A DNA stretch of 64,000 nucleotides from Kudoa neothunni (lineage: Eukaryota; Animalia; Cnidaria): NCBI GenBank assembly GCA_964304625.1, contig OZ199838.1, positions 7,458,035 through 7,522,034 of the forward strand, written 5' to 3'. Position 1 is the first letter of the stretch, and the number at the start of each line of letters is the position of its first letter. Made by a program: the position numbers and the translations under genes. The notes below the pieces were generated by a model that was not told the origin of the DNA, made no database searches, and was given only the letters and a program-made list of their open reading frames with translations. Below, in pieces: positions 1-12,988 of the stretch.

Positions 1-1093
1 AATTGGTGCTCTTCCTGCTTTGTTTGTTGTAGGCACAATCGACCAAAATCTCCGATGAAACTGGTGGAGAATAAAATATTAACCAAATACCCTCTAGGAA
101 AAATCGGACCCAATATTGTGTCCTCTATCATAGTCACATCAAAAAAACCGTTTTATATTAGTTATTTGTGACTACTTTACAAAATTTATTGAAGCATACC
201 CCATACCATAGCTAATCAACATGCATCTACGATGGTTGAAAAATTGATAACAGAGTTCATATGTCGCTACGGAATACCCGATTCTATACATACTGACAGA
301 GGTGGCTGTTTCGAATCAATCCTCACGAAAGAAATTACTAATTACTTCGGCATAATTAAGACTAAGACCACCGCCTATTACCCTCAATCAAATGGCCTCG
401 TAGAAAGGTTCAATAAAACGATGATCGATATGCTATCAAAAACTATGAAATCAGAGAGAGATTGGGATAAACACTTACAATTCGTACTTATGGCATATAG
501 AGCATCTATACATAAGACCACAAAATTTACACCTAATAAATTGATGTTTGGAGGCGGTTTAAAAACAATAATGAATTTTGAAAAACCACAAAAAGTAAGT
601 TCATATAATAAGTGTGTGAAGGATATGAATGAGTCCATCAAAAAGTCAACGTCTTTTGTCCGTAATCTAAATAAAAGTTTAGAAGAACAACAAAACTCAA
701 CACATCATAAATGTTTTACTGAAGGTGATATGATGTGGTTTAGGAAACACATAAGAAAAAACAAGCTTGATGGGTATTGGCATGGGCCTCACAAAGTTGT
801 AAAAAAAGAACACAGAAAATGTATATCCTGTCGATATAAATGGAAAATTCGAAAAAATAAATCAATACCATTTGAAGCTACAAGTGCAAAACTTTTACTT
901 GATCCCAGCGTCGATACGAGACATCTCACGCAATACGAACGATAATACGTGAAATCCCATTAAAACATTGGAAAGACCAACCAGTGTAGACAATGTCCCA
1001 CTTGTTAGACGTTCATCGAGGACAAAAAAGAAACCACGTTGGTTCAAAGACTATGTTTCCAATGAGGACATTGCCTATCCAGAGGAGGGGGAG
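1..1093 (+). mobile_element. Ty3/gypsy LTR retrotransposon 3' part: integrase (degenerate) and polypurine tract
   Basis: ORF 232..945 has rve integrase motifs (YGIPDSIHTDRG, TTAYYPQSNGLVERFNKT, WDKHLQFVLMAYR) and a GPY/F-like YWHGPHKV. The upstream frame reads ILVICDYFTKFIEAYP. PPT AGAGGAGGGGGAG at 1081-1093; the presumed 3' LTR follows and is interrupted by the pogo element. Confidence 0.9.
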
Positions 1094-1121
1094 TAATATC
1101 AGTTCTCCACATTATTACATA

Positions 1122-2754
1122 CGGTGACTTATGGGTCGTGCGTAATCAAAAGGGAAATCAAAGTCATTACGCACCATACATAACTTTGCGCATACGAAAT
1201 GAACAAAAATTAAAAATAATACGTAATATTTTCGCTAACTAGCGTACTTGACTACTGTTGCTTTTAAAGTAATTTGTAATTCAGCTTTTCCTAAAATTAT
1301 ATCGTCGAATTTTGTTATTTGCTTTAACATTTGTGGGCTTTCTGTTTTAAAATATCTCCTTATACAGGACAAATATTTAAACATATCTTTATCAGAAACG
1401 GGAACAGCTTCAATAGAATCATTATCAGACTCTGCTTCTATCCTATCATGTTGTGAAAGAATATTAGTATTATCGTTATCCACTTCATCAGCAGTACAAA
1501 CTTCTGGATTTCTAGTGATTATATTGACTTCTTCTTCCATCATTTCTTTTAATTCGATGGTTGGATTTTCATTTGCTGTGAGAGTTTCTAACTCTTCTTG
1601 GCATGGGGAAAAAATGACTTCCTAATACAATTTACAATTGTTTCGGTTTTTACATGATCTCATGAATTCTTCAACAGAAACATCGCCTCCAAAATGTTGG
1701 GTAATTCGCATTTTGTCGATCCAGCTTCCACGCTCTGTATAAGAGGCTCCATTAAATGTTTCTTATAAATTACTTTAACATTGTTGATTATCCCTTGGTC
1801 AAGAGGTTGCAAAACGCTAGTAGCATTGGGCGGAAAAAAACATAAAGTAATTTTGGAAAGGTTCAAATTAGGGTGTGAGGGACAGTTGTCAAGAAAAAGC
1901 AAAATTTTTCTTTTGGACATAATTAATTTCTTGTTCCACCTAATGAGGAACTGGGAAAATATTTTCTCTGTAATCCAAGCGTTAGTGTTTGCTTCATAAT
2001 TCAACGGCAGCTTTTTAATTGATCCAAAATAACGGGGCGCTGAAAACTTACCTATTATTAATGGGTCTAATTTTTTCCCGAGCATAGAGCAGGTAAATAA
2101 AGCAGTTGTTCTTTTTTTTTATTATTTTCACCCATTTTTATTTACCTCGTTAGCGAATACACATCCTCTACCCACGCAAGGTAGATGACACATAAAAATA
2201 TTAATAACTTTTTCGTTGCTGATAATACAAACCTGTTTCGTCCGTATTGAAAATATCCTTAGGCTACCAGTTCTTAAAGATTTCGCTTAAATTGGTTTTC
2301 CGTTCCTCGATGACAATATTGTTTACACTTTTAGATTCGCCGAAAAATGTATTACGAGAGATATTAAATCTTTTTATTAAGTCATAAAACCAGTCAGTAG
2401 ATAAAGGTGTTTCCTTTGAGGCATCATCGAGGAATTCACTGGCTTTATTGATGATAACTTCTTGAGAAAGTTCTATATTTTTCACTCGATGATCAATATC
2501 TGTATGTTCTCCTTTCTTAAGAGTTTTTCTTAATTTGGAAACAATACCGTCGTTATAGAACTTAAGCAACTTGTCTTTATTGTTTAGGATAGTATTCAAG
2601 GTAGATCTTGCTTTTACGTCGAAGGCCCTCATTGTTTCCAATTTGGCGTTTGGTTTATTCGATATATTTTCATAGTGTTTGATAATTCCTACTTTTTTCG
2701 ATATGGTTGAAATTTTTTTTTGTTAGCTACCGACGCACCACCCATAAGTCACGG
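1122..2754 (-). mobile_element. pogo/Tigger DNA transposon, frameshifted transposase
   Basis: 22-bp TIRs (CGGTGACTTATGGGTCGTGCGT vs rc CCGTGACTTATGGGTGGTGCGT, 2 mismatches) flanked by TA at 1120-1121 and 2755-2756. ORFs 2264..2641, 1660..2085 and 1235..1543 give CENP-B-like HTH and DDE_1 motifs (FNTDETG, LFLDNCPSH, FFPPNATSVLQPLDQGII). Confidence 0.92.
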
Positions 2755-3464
2755 TATAATATTTGGTCGGCGCATGCGCAAACATTGTGTTATTAAGTGG
2801 TGTTTGGTATATCTAGCGCTGCATCTAAGCAGCTCAACAAGTATCGTTTGGATGTAGAAAGGTTGCTCATTTACATATGTAGAGTTAAAAATTTTCGCGA
2901 CAGCAATACTCGCACGCTACAATGTATGATACAGTAAAAAGCCGACTTTCGGTAGTGATCGTTTCGGATATGCACAAAGGAGTTTAACGGAACATATTTT
3001 TAAATTCAAAATTTGTCTGCGGGTCATAGGTTCCCGACCCCTGCTTTAGCCACATATTCGTGAATAGTAGAGCGTTGTTTGCACTAATTCATTGTGGTTA
3101 AGAATTATTTAATTTAGGATCAAAATAACCTCATTGATAACCGCGCAGTCGTTTGCCAGCAGTCCTGGAGATTACGAGGGAAATATAATAATTTATTGGA
3201 TGATTATTAGAAAGGATTCTCTCAATAGTAGAACCTCATATTTTGTTAATTTACTTTAATGACTAATATTAGTGCATAATAAGGCATTCTGTTTGTATGA
3301 CTTGAAAGTTAAATTTTTTGTATTAATGTTACTACATCTGGGAAAATAAATTAAAAATTTCGCTATATCAAACCTTTGATGAATTGAACCTGCTGAACTT
3401 ACGTCAATTTTCTTTTATCGGACCTAGTTTTTGTAGCAAGGCTTTAATAACGGACACTTTTTAA

Positions 3465-5793
3465 CCTTCCAAGCGTCTTTGGGGTCCATTAGACCCCAAG
3501 GGATGTTTGAATCCATTTTAGAGAACCGTTTAATGCATCAATAAATTTGAGATCTCATTTATTCTTCTGAAAAATGTGCTAAATTAAGATATTACAAAAA
3601 ATTCTAATTCGTACTTTTAGTTCAGAAGATAATCAAAATACTTACTCATTCCTTCTTTTGGGATCCAATGAACCCCACATTTTTTTCTACCAAATACGAA
3701 GAAAAATAATTTAAAACAATTCTGAAGATTAACAAGAAATTTATCGAGAGGAAACAGAGATAAATTCAAAAAACCATGCAGGCAATAAGTGCCGATCATT
3801 GTCGACGAACGAAACGTTGCCACGAGTGATTCTGAGCGTGATATTTCGAATGAACTTGAGTCTGATTTGTGTGAAGTTTATGATAATCTTGAAGAATTTG
3901 ATTATTCACACAATTCTGATATTTCTGATGATAATAAATATTATCGTAACATGTACGAGGATAAGAATGGTGTAATTTGGTCTCTGATAAACCTCAAATA
4001 ACTAAAAGCACAAAAGAAAATATTATTCGAAAATCTCCGGATATAACTGCTTATGCTTCAAGCAGAATCACTTCGTTGGTTGATACATTCCTCATATTTT
4101 TCGGTGAGACCTTTTTCCAAACTGTAATTGCGAATACTAATAAGTTCGGCAATTTTCATTATTATCATTCTTGGGAGGAGTTAACAGACCAAGAGTTATT
4201 AACATATTTAGGAATTCTTGTGTATATGTCAATATTTAAAGCAAAATTAGAATCACTCAAACTGCTATTGAGTGTTGAAAAGGGAAGGAATATTTTTCGA
4301 AAGATAATGCCATCAAAAAGGTTTATTCAAATTTCGAGTGCTATTCGTTTTGATGATTTTGAAACGAGAGAGACTCGAAGAATCTTGGATAAATTCTGCC
4401 CCATTCGTGATGTTTTTGATGGTTGGTAAGATATTCTTCCAAAACTTGTTATCCCCTAGGAGAATTTGACAATTGACTAACAATTAGTTGCTTTTAGAGG
4501 AAAATGTCCCTTTAAACAACATATGCCGTCAAAGCCATCAATGTATGGAATAAAGTTTTTTCTCCTTACCGATCCCAAGACAAAGTACACTCACAATATT
4601 TCGATATATTGGGTAAACATAACAATGAGAGGTCAAGAAATGTTGGAGAAAACATTGTTCTAAATCTTGTTTCAAAATTAAAGGAAAATGGGAGAAATAT
4701 CATCTGCAATAATTTCTTTACCTCTGTTCCCCTTTCCCAAAAACTCCTAACATGGGGGATGACAATAACTGGAACAATCTGTAATAATAAACGAGATATT
4801 CCGGATTATCTAAAAAAGAATTCAAAGCTGGAGGTTTTCAACACACGTTTTTTGTTTAATCAAAAACTAGTGCTAACCTCCTATGTTCCTAAAAAATATA
4901 AAGTAGTTTTACTGCTAACATCCCCTGTTTTAGTACAGATGTTGAAGATAGTGGACGAAAAAAACGTATGGTTATCTTGGAATATAACCGTTATAATGGA
5001 GGGATGAACACGGTTGATCGTATTATTGCAACGACAAGTGTAAAAAGGTATACCAGTCAATGGCCGATGGCAATACTCTTCAATATGGTTGATCTTAATT
5101 TGATAAATGCGTTTTATCTTTATAAGACTATTTTCTGCGACCATAATTGCTCAAGGGTTAAGTTTCTAGAAGAGCTTGCGGATAGTTTAGTGAAGGATTA
5201 TATTCGGAGAGACACACATCGCATTGATCCAAGTTCTCCTTGCATCCAAGAATTTCCTCGTCGCAAGAATAGATGTTGTTTTTGTTCAAGGTCTCGTGAT
5301 AGAAAAACGAAGATTGTTTGTTATGTTTGTGGGGCCAACTGCTGTGAAAACCATTCAAAAATTACGTGCACGTTATGTTATAATAAGAAAAACTAAAATA
5401 TCATAAACATCTCATATTATGTCTATTTCGAAATTTATATATTGCGGTTTCCATTGGCCGCCACTATTAAGAAATTAGTTGTGAGGAAAACTTTTTATAC
5501 TGTTTTATTAATAAGGAATTAAATTTTTATTTATTAAAACAACATTAGATAAAATAAGTCGTTGAAATCGTTGAATTTTACGTTTATTTTAACGCTGTAA
5601 ACTCTTCGGCGATTATCGTTGTCAATCGGTGACGTGATATTTGTTATATTTTTCATTATTTTATCGATAATTTTCTTTTATATTTTAGCAAATTATTTAT
5701 TTTATTTTTTTATAATTCTGGCTAAAAAAATCTAGGATCCATTGGACCCTAAAAGAAGGAATGTGTAAAGTCGATTTTCGGGTGCTCGAAGGG
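3465..5793 (+). mobile_element. piggyBac transposon, pseudogenised transposase
   Basis: TTAA at 3461-3464 and 5794-5797 with degenerate CC(C)TTC termini. Subterminal palindromes of GGGGTCCATTAGACCCC type at ~3481, ~3660 and ~5734. ORF pieces carry IRFDD, KFCPIRDVFD, KPSMYGIK, CNNFFTS, YNRYNGGMNTVD and a C-terminal Cys-rich domain (CCFCSRSRDRKTKIVCYVCGANCCENH). Multiple stops and frameshifts. Confidence 0.93.
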
Positions 5794-6653
5794 TTAATAA
5801 TACAAAGTGGCTTTTCTGACCGTATTATTTTCCGGCTACCGTTTGGGTCATATCGCTACTTATCTTAAGTAAACGAATAAGTGCTGGAGTAGCTGCTTTC
5901 ATTTTTTGTTTCTGTAAAACTGGATTTTGGATTTGGGAATTTAAATTATAATGTTCCAGATAAAAATCTTATTCAGCAAGGAAGTGATCTATAATTGATT
6001 ACAACCCGCCAGTTTTAATAAGTAATAAAGTCGCAGAAATAGTCAATGAAGAGGACTTGTCGAAAGAAGCAAAATGTCATGGAATGCTTACTCAAATATT
6101 AGAAACATGGTATTTATTGTTTATTTTGATAGAAATATTATTATTCATCAATATAAAGTCACAACAGTAATTCTTATTTATTAGATAAATTCCCTTAAAA
6201 CGGTATATCTTACATTATAAAACAAACTAATTTAATAAGCGTTGAATTAAATAAAAATTTAAACGTTACATTGAAAAAGGAGTGGTAATCTGATCTCCAA
6301 ATTAAAAATCTATGCCGGACATTATCAACGAGGATTATTGAAAGATATGCTGTAAAATTTATATCTTAAATAATTTCAAGTATAACTTTTAGATTATTTT
6401 TATTAACATGTGGTATAATAATTAGATAGAGAAAAGTATTAATAAAAAAATTGATCGGTCACGCTCAATTTTTTGATTTCCCCCAGGGTTTTATGTATCC
6501 CCGGCCACGAAATGAGTTACTAAACCTTATTTAATACGATCTAGGGTACTTTTGAACGCATAGAAAAAAATCCATATTAATGATATTTATAACTAACTAT
6601 TGACATATATATAGTCATGAAAAAGTATTATTAAACGTGAATGTCAGAGTAGC

Positions 6654-7992
6654 TCACACAACATTGCACTAAACAAAAATAGATTCGTAGAAAATAATTA
6701 TGTTGTATTTACGCTGTCATCGTTAACACCTTTCTTTTTGTTAATAATAGTTTTTGACAATCTTTGTTTTTATTCATAGGAAAAAGTGATTGTCACATTT
6801 ATAAAATTACTTATCTTCACTTTTTTTGTCCTTAGGAGTTGCTGTAATGACATTTGGTGATAGTTCACTAGGGTTTTTCAAGATTTGTTTCATGTTATAC
6901 AAAATCTGGAATAAAATTACTTTTTATGTGATGATCTTGTTTGGATAGCGCTGGTTTTTTCCTTGTAGGAAAAAGGTTTGAAACATCCATCGTACAGCTT
7001 ACCGCATCCGTTGCAGTTGAGTAGTGACTCCCACACAATCTCGTTCTGACCCTCAAAAGCGAAACTGCTCGCAAGCGTGTATAAACAGTTCTACGGCGAA
7101 CAACAATGAATACATCTACCAAATTATGCTTACGTTGTGTTTTGTGATCGTGGAGAAATGGTTGTTATGAAAAATCACGCCGTAACTATCCTCTATCATC
7201 GTTTCTTGAAGAAGCTTGACACCATAGAGGGTCATCTGGGTGGCAGTCTCGTTTATGAAGTTTTGCATAATTGCCCTTTTGTCTGGTTCATTGTTGCTAT
7301 TTTCACCTACAGTGAATGCAACCATCGTATCTATCATTTGGTTGTATGTCATAGATGAGATCAGTGGTGCGTGTGTAGTATCTTCGGGATCGACAACCCA
7401 ACAGTGGTACAGCGGAATACATATCAACTCGAAAAGCATCACCTGGGGAGTAACCTCGAATGATGTCACACTAGAATTAGACATTATTTATAGTTATAAC
7501 GTTTTGGTTGATATTGACTAATTATTGAGGATCCAAATACTTGTCAAACTTTATGTTGACGTCTATGCCTTCACTACTCTTAGAGAGAACGCGAATGACA
7601 TCAGCTAGATTTTGTTGAAGGTTGGGTTCATCAGACTAAAAGAAATCAATACAGATATCCACTAGGAATAATGAAATGCACTTGATTGATTTTTTTCTAG
7701 GTGTTCAGATAATCTTTCAATGAGTAAAGCAATGCTAATTCTGTTTTTTGAAGGGTCGATGTCTCCAGGTTGTAAAAAATCGATATCAAGTAAACTTAGA
7801 CAATTGGCAAGCGCAATTATCGGACAAGGGCCAGATTTATGTTGGAGAAATATTTTCCTGGGATTTGCCTTTTCTTGTTGCAATATATCAACAGTTGCCA
7901 CTGTGGCAAATGAATCCTAATAGAGGATTTTGAGTAAAACATTACCAAAACGAACCGTCCATAATTGCACTCACTTCGCAGATAGATGACAT
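6654..7992 (-). CDS. MINDY-1/2 (FAM63) family deubiquitinase, multi-exon, C-terminal CaaX (CNVV); one apparent +1 indel at 7690-7696
   Basis: Exon 1 is MSSICE|GTGAGT (7992-7975). Motifs: LQHKSGPCPIIALAN (catalytic Cys), GIDVNIKF, FEVTPQVMLFELICIPLYHCWVVDP, TATQMTLYG, IFHNNHFSTITK (catalytic His), LYTL...IVWESL. Last exon 6668-6654 is TGC AAT GTT GTG TGA. Confidence 0.88.
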
Positions 7993-9038
7993 TATATTCA
8001 CAAACAACTCCACACGGTAGTTCTATTATTCAGTATCAAACTAAACTTTCGATGCTTCAGTTAAACTCTCTATTTCGGATAATGACTTAGATCGAGACGC
8101 ACCGAAGTGTGTGTGTAACTTTGGCGTTATGCCTTTGAATCGCCCAAGTGTTCTCACCCAATCATTTTCTATGACTCTAGTTTGTCGCTTCTATATGTCT
8201 CATTAATTAATTATTGCTACTTATCCGCCGAAGCCATAAAGAAATTGAATATGATCATTTTCGTTTAAAATTTATTGCCATATTTTTAAAGATTAAATCT
8301 GTGTCACACATTTTTTAACCAAACAGCCAACAAGATTATATTTAACAAGAATTTTCAGCACAAAATTCAAATCATTCACGAAATAATTTTGACAGTTTCT
8401 ATTTGTAGGAAATTATCATGTATATAAAATAAAATTAATCTATAAAAAAAGTTATTTAATAGTTTAATTGTCAAAATAAACGCATAAACTTTAATGTTTT
8501 CAATTTATTCATATTCAGTCATCACTATATTTGCAAACAATTATTATGAACATTACTTAATATCGACTTTCGTCTTTATAAATTACCCTAGGAAAATAAA
8601 TCCAACTTTTTGTTTTCATGGCAAAATTATACTTATTAGTGATGTGGTACTAATAATGAAGGTGTGTATTTTACAAAAAGTCTCGGGAAATTAAAATAGA
8701 AACAATAGACAACCATATTTTATGAAGTTATCCATGGAGCCAACCTTAACGATCATTGATCTGCTATAGAAATGGTTTTATAAGTTAGTTTCTGCTTGTT
8801 TTTATTGATAACTATCTATACTATTGTGTGAATTCGAATACAATATATATATATATAAGGTGTGGTAAAATCTATTGAAATTTTGAAATATCGCAGCAAA
8901 AAGGAAACAGTCATCTCTAATTGGTAACAAATCATCGAAACGAATTTAAGGACATTGTAAACAATGCACAGATTAAAATAAAAAATTAATTAGGGGGTTT
9001 TCATAGGTAAAGATAATGACTTTAAATTTAGCCGAAGC

Positions 9039-10553
9039 TCATAAGAGTGAACACTAAAGGGTACCATTATTAATTAGTCTCTCAAATAACATAATTCACT
9101 TTTGATTCATTTTTATCGTGAGTTTTGGGGGTTACGGGGGCTTTGGACCTAAAATTCGTTATCATTCATAACATAAATTATTTGTTTTTGATCAACAGTG
9201 TGATTGCTAATATGCGTAGATTGTTTATATAACTTAAAAATGAGTAAAAAGAATTTATAATTTATTTTTAAGCGGAAATTGTTATTTTATAGATTTTTAA
9301 CCCGAACAAATAAATTACGTGGGTTCTTTTGAACCGGCAGTAGTAGACGGAGAAGGTTCCTCTTTTGCATCCTCTACAACGAAACATGTTAGGTGTGGTC
9401 AAAAAAAAGTATTACTGTTTTCTAATTTTTTATCTCCATTCTCAGAATGTTTGTCGGCAACTTCCTGCTTCATTTCTCTTCCAACAATGTCAAACTCTTT
9501 AGTGTCTGCCTCGTGAATTTGATCAGCAACATTCACAGGAATGACCTCATCATCTATTTTATCTGAATGCTCAATCGGAATAACTTCGTCATGAACTTCC
9601 TGAAGTTGTTCTATAGGCGGAATCTCAACCTGATTTTCCTCGAGTAGTTGCTGGACAATTTCTTCGGTTTGGGGCGTAACCTCAGATTTTGTGAGTCTAT
9701 TTATGTCACAATCAAAATCTTCCGTATTATCGTCCCATTTTTTCCAAATAGACTCGATAGCATCATCTTGCACATTCAGAATATAAAACATACCCTGTAA
9801 TTTAGGTGTCATAATTATCTATCTTATACCGAACAACAATAACACACCTGTTTTTTAATGATAGTCATGGGCGCATTATTCTCATTTATTAATATACCAA
9901 TGGTGTTTTTCTTAAAGTATCATATCTCTTGATTTGACAAATAACTATTTTTAATACTTGAGTCTCAATGGTAGACATTTCCGAATTTTCGACATCTTCC
10001 TGGACAATATCATTATTATTCGAGATTTTTTCCTCCAACTGTTCCTTAGTGTACACCAGGACGTTGAGGAGTTGACAGATGTTTAGATTTTTTTTGTCTC
10101 CTTCATCACTAATAAAACCCAATTTATAAAACCTATTGATATATTATTTGGCCAAACTTATTGTCCGTCCCTTCTGTTTGAGGAATGTCGTTGATTGGTT
10201 CGATCTCGGAAAGAATAGTCTCCATATTCAAATTTTTAACTCTTTCTACACTCTGTGCCAAATCCTTCGAATGAATAATTGATTTTATCAACTGAAAAAA
10301 TAACCAGATCGTATTGTACTTCATGCAATATTTCTGAAACGTATTTTCCTATTAGGGATATTAAAGAATCCTCATCAATGTGATCTAAAGATCCCAAAGA
10401 CAACAGGCCTTTCAGACCAAGAGTATTTGCCAAGGTGACAATCAAACTGGGACAGTCCGACTCGCTCGTGGAAATGATTTCATATTTTTTGCATGGATCT
10501 TTCGCAGAATAAAAACTTTTCAAAATATATTTAGTTGTGTTTTCAGATGACAT
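9039..10553 (-). CDS. Divergent MINDY-1/2 paralogue lacking catalytic Cys/His (probable pseudo-deubiquitinase), C-terminal CaaX (CSLL)
   Basis: Exon 1 YILKS...IISTSESDCPSLIVTLANTLGLKG aligns to the neighbour's LQHKSGPCPIIALANCL. GILINENNAPMTIIKKQ|GMFYIL aligns to GVIFHNNHFSTITKHN|NCLYTL with the same phase-0 intron. Acidic tail; last exon 9053-9039 is TGT TCA CTC TTA TGA. Confidence 0.75.
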
Positions 10554-11809
10554 CTTGTCTTGTAGTACGAATTAACTAAAATTAGGGATGACGAAAATCA
10601 ACTGACTTTAATTCAAAATAATGCGTCAATCCCCTTAAAGCTATAAATATATCATTAATATTCGGCCAAATGTGGGAAGTGTTTAGTAATCATAGTGGGT
10701 GAATAGGTTTTTAGTTTTGGATCTGTCATCTAATACAATAAGTTTGATTGAATGGTTAGCCTTGATTATTTTTTGGTGATGAGTTCCTATAATATTATAT
10801 GTTTTGGATTTAGTCCAAACAAATAGGATCAATATAACAATCAAATAAGCTGTTATAATATCACAGCCTTAGTTGAACTCCTGTGCAAAACCATTATTTC
10901 TGACACAGTAATCATCTCTGTTAGTCAAAAATTCACATTAAAATAATACAGAAATAAACATAGTTATTTTTTGACAAGCTAATAACTATAACTTCATGTC
11001 GTTGTTTTAAAGATGATTAACTTAAAAATTAAATACATAAACCCTTTGGAGTTAAGAATATTAACTTTTTTCATTGGGGATATTACTGGGGAAAAATTTG
11101 TATATACAAGAAAATAATTAATTTTCCCCTAACTTTATTTATGATTGCATAAAATTAAATTTTCCCAACAAATCCCATAAGTGTGAAAATAAAAATCTAT
11201 GCTTTGTTCACCTTAATATCATATTTGACATTATAATTTTCCCTTGAAGATTCTAATAATAAATTCTATACTTTATCGAAATGATCAAATATTTCCACAA
11301 CGCAATACCGCCAATTTTGGTTATGTCGTTGCTTAGTTGATATTACCCAGGAATTTAAAATAAGAATATTTCTGTCTATTTAATTATTTATTTTATATCT
11401 TTACGCACTGAAGGTAACTCTAAATTATTCGAATGTATATTTAAACCCTTTTTTGCAATCCGATTTGCTTATTATAGGTGACACCCAACCACTACCCTTG
11501 GGGCATGCGAATTAGTTAAAAGGTTTCTTTGTATTTCTTCGTCAAATTAAAAGGCAATCGTCAAGTATTTATTTATGGAATTTATTTGAGTAAATAAAAC
11601 TAAGGTGTAACTAAAAAAACATAAATATGCTGGGTAATCTCGTTAATTCCGGGGGATCGTGATCTGTCGTTACCTTTTCAATCTTTAAATATCTTCTATT
11701 GAATATTAATTTTACTTCGAGTTAAACAAGAGTAATAGTGTCAACAAATTCCATTAACATTTGAGAATAAATAATTAACCATTTGACAAAAAAATACAAA
11801 AAGTTTTTA

Positions 11810-12988
11810 TCCTTTATATATAAAAGAGGACTGTCGGTATGTTTGTTTGTGTGTGTATGCCCCTAAGTACGCATGTGCGGATAATTTTTTCCTTATAGAG
11901 AGCCATATATAAAGTTTTTATAAATTTGTGATATTTACAAAAATCGTTTAATTGTTTTCGGACCACTAAAGTTTCAAAAAAGTATTTATGAAATTGTGAT
12001 TTTGTCGATGCATAGTTAGTTTAATGGATTACTTGAGTTCAACAATAGGATTAACATATGCTTATGACCTGCTGATGGTCGGTTGAAGTTGACTTTCCTC
12101 CTTATGTTCCCAATCAAATGTTCATTAACTGCTGCTATCTATCTTTATGTATAAGGTTGGCGTTTCTTTTTGGGTGTCTGTTTAAATACACTCCTTATTT
12201 GTGGGGTTTTAACGTATATGACTTGATAAGTATATTTTATAAGTTCTATTAATGGTTTTCAATGTGATAAAAAATCTATATACGTTTCACGAATAACAAA
12301 TTTATGGAGAACGTTAAAGTTACATTGATTGAAGCGTTATAATGGAAATACTGCGTTCATAGGTTTCATTAAATCGTCCGCTAAGTTTTACTTTACGTGA
12401 TTAAATTCAATGCGGATGGTTGTACTTTTATTTTACCAAATTATTTAAATTGTTTTTTTTGAAGTCGACGCGATTTGTGGCTGTTAATGATAAAAGCGCA
12501 TGTATGTTTATGCCGAGCTAAACGATGCTAATTTTAGCAATATTGATTAATTTTCATAAGTTTTCTTCTATCTCTTTTATTTTTTCTATTTCTTTATCTC
12601 TTAAAAAGTTAGTGGTGCACACAGTTACCGAGTCGGGCCAGAATTCGACTTTTAAAAATCCTCCGGGCCAACAAATAACGTTTTAGATAACACTTTAACG
12701 GGATTTAAATAATTCGAGAATGAAAAAAACTCGACGATGACCTTGACTTGTTTAGCGTTGGTGCCGAGCCACGAAATTTTTAAATGGACGCAAGGATTGA
12801 TACTTTTCTTCACAGAAATTATCATAATTTAAATTGCATAACCCCAATCGTTATAGTAAGTTGCTTAAAAATTTTGAGTTATTTTGTTTCTATGGGTTAA
12901 TTCGAGATTTCAATTTATTTTTTGAATGCTATTAAAAAATGCCTCTAGGCGAAATCTTCCCCAAGCGACGCTGGGCAGTTCGCGCTAG
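11810..12988 (+). mobile_element. Non-autonomous Helitron
   Basis: 5' A|TCCTTTATATATAAAAGAG followed by a GT-rich microsatellite. 3' hairpin CCCAAGCGACGCTGGG ~10 nt before CTAG|T. No TSD. Confidence 0.7.
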
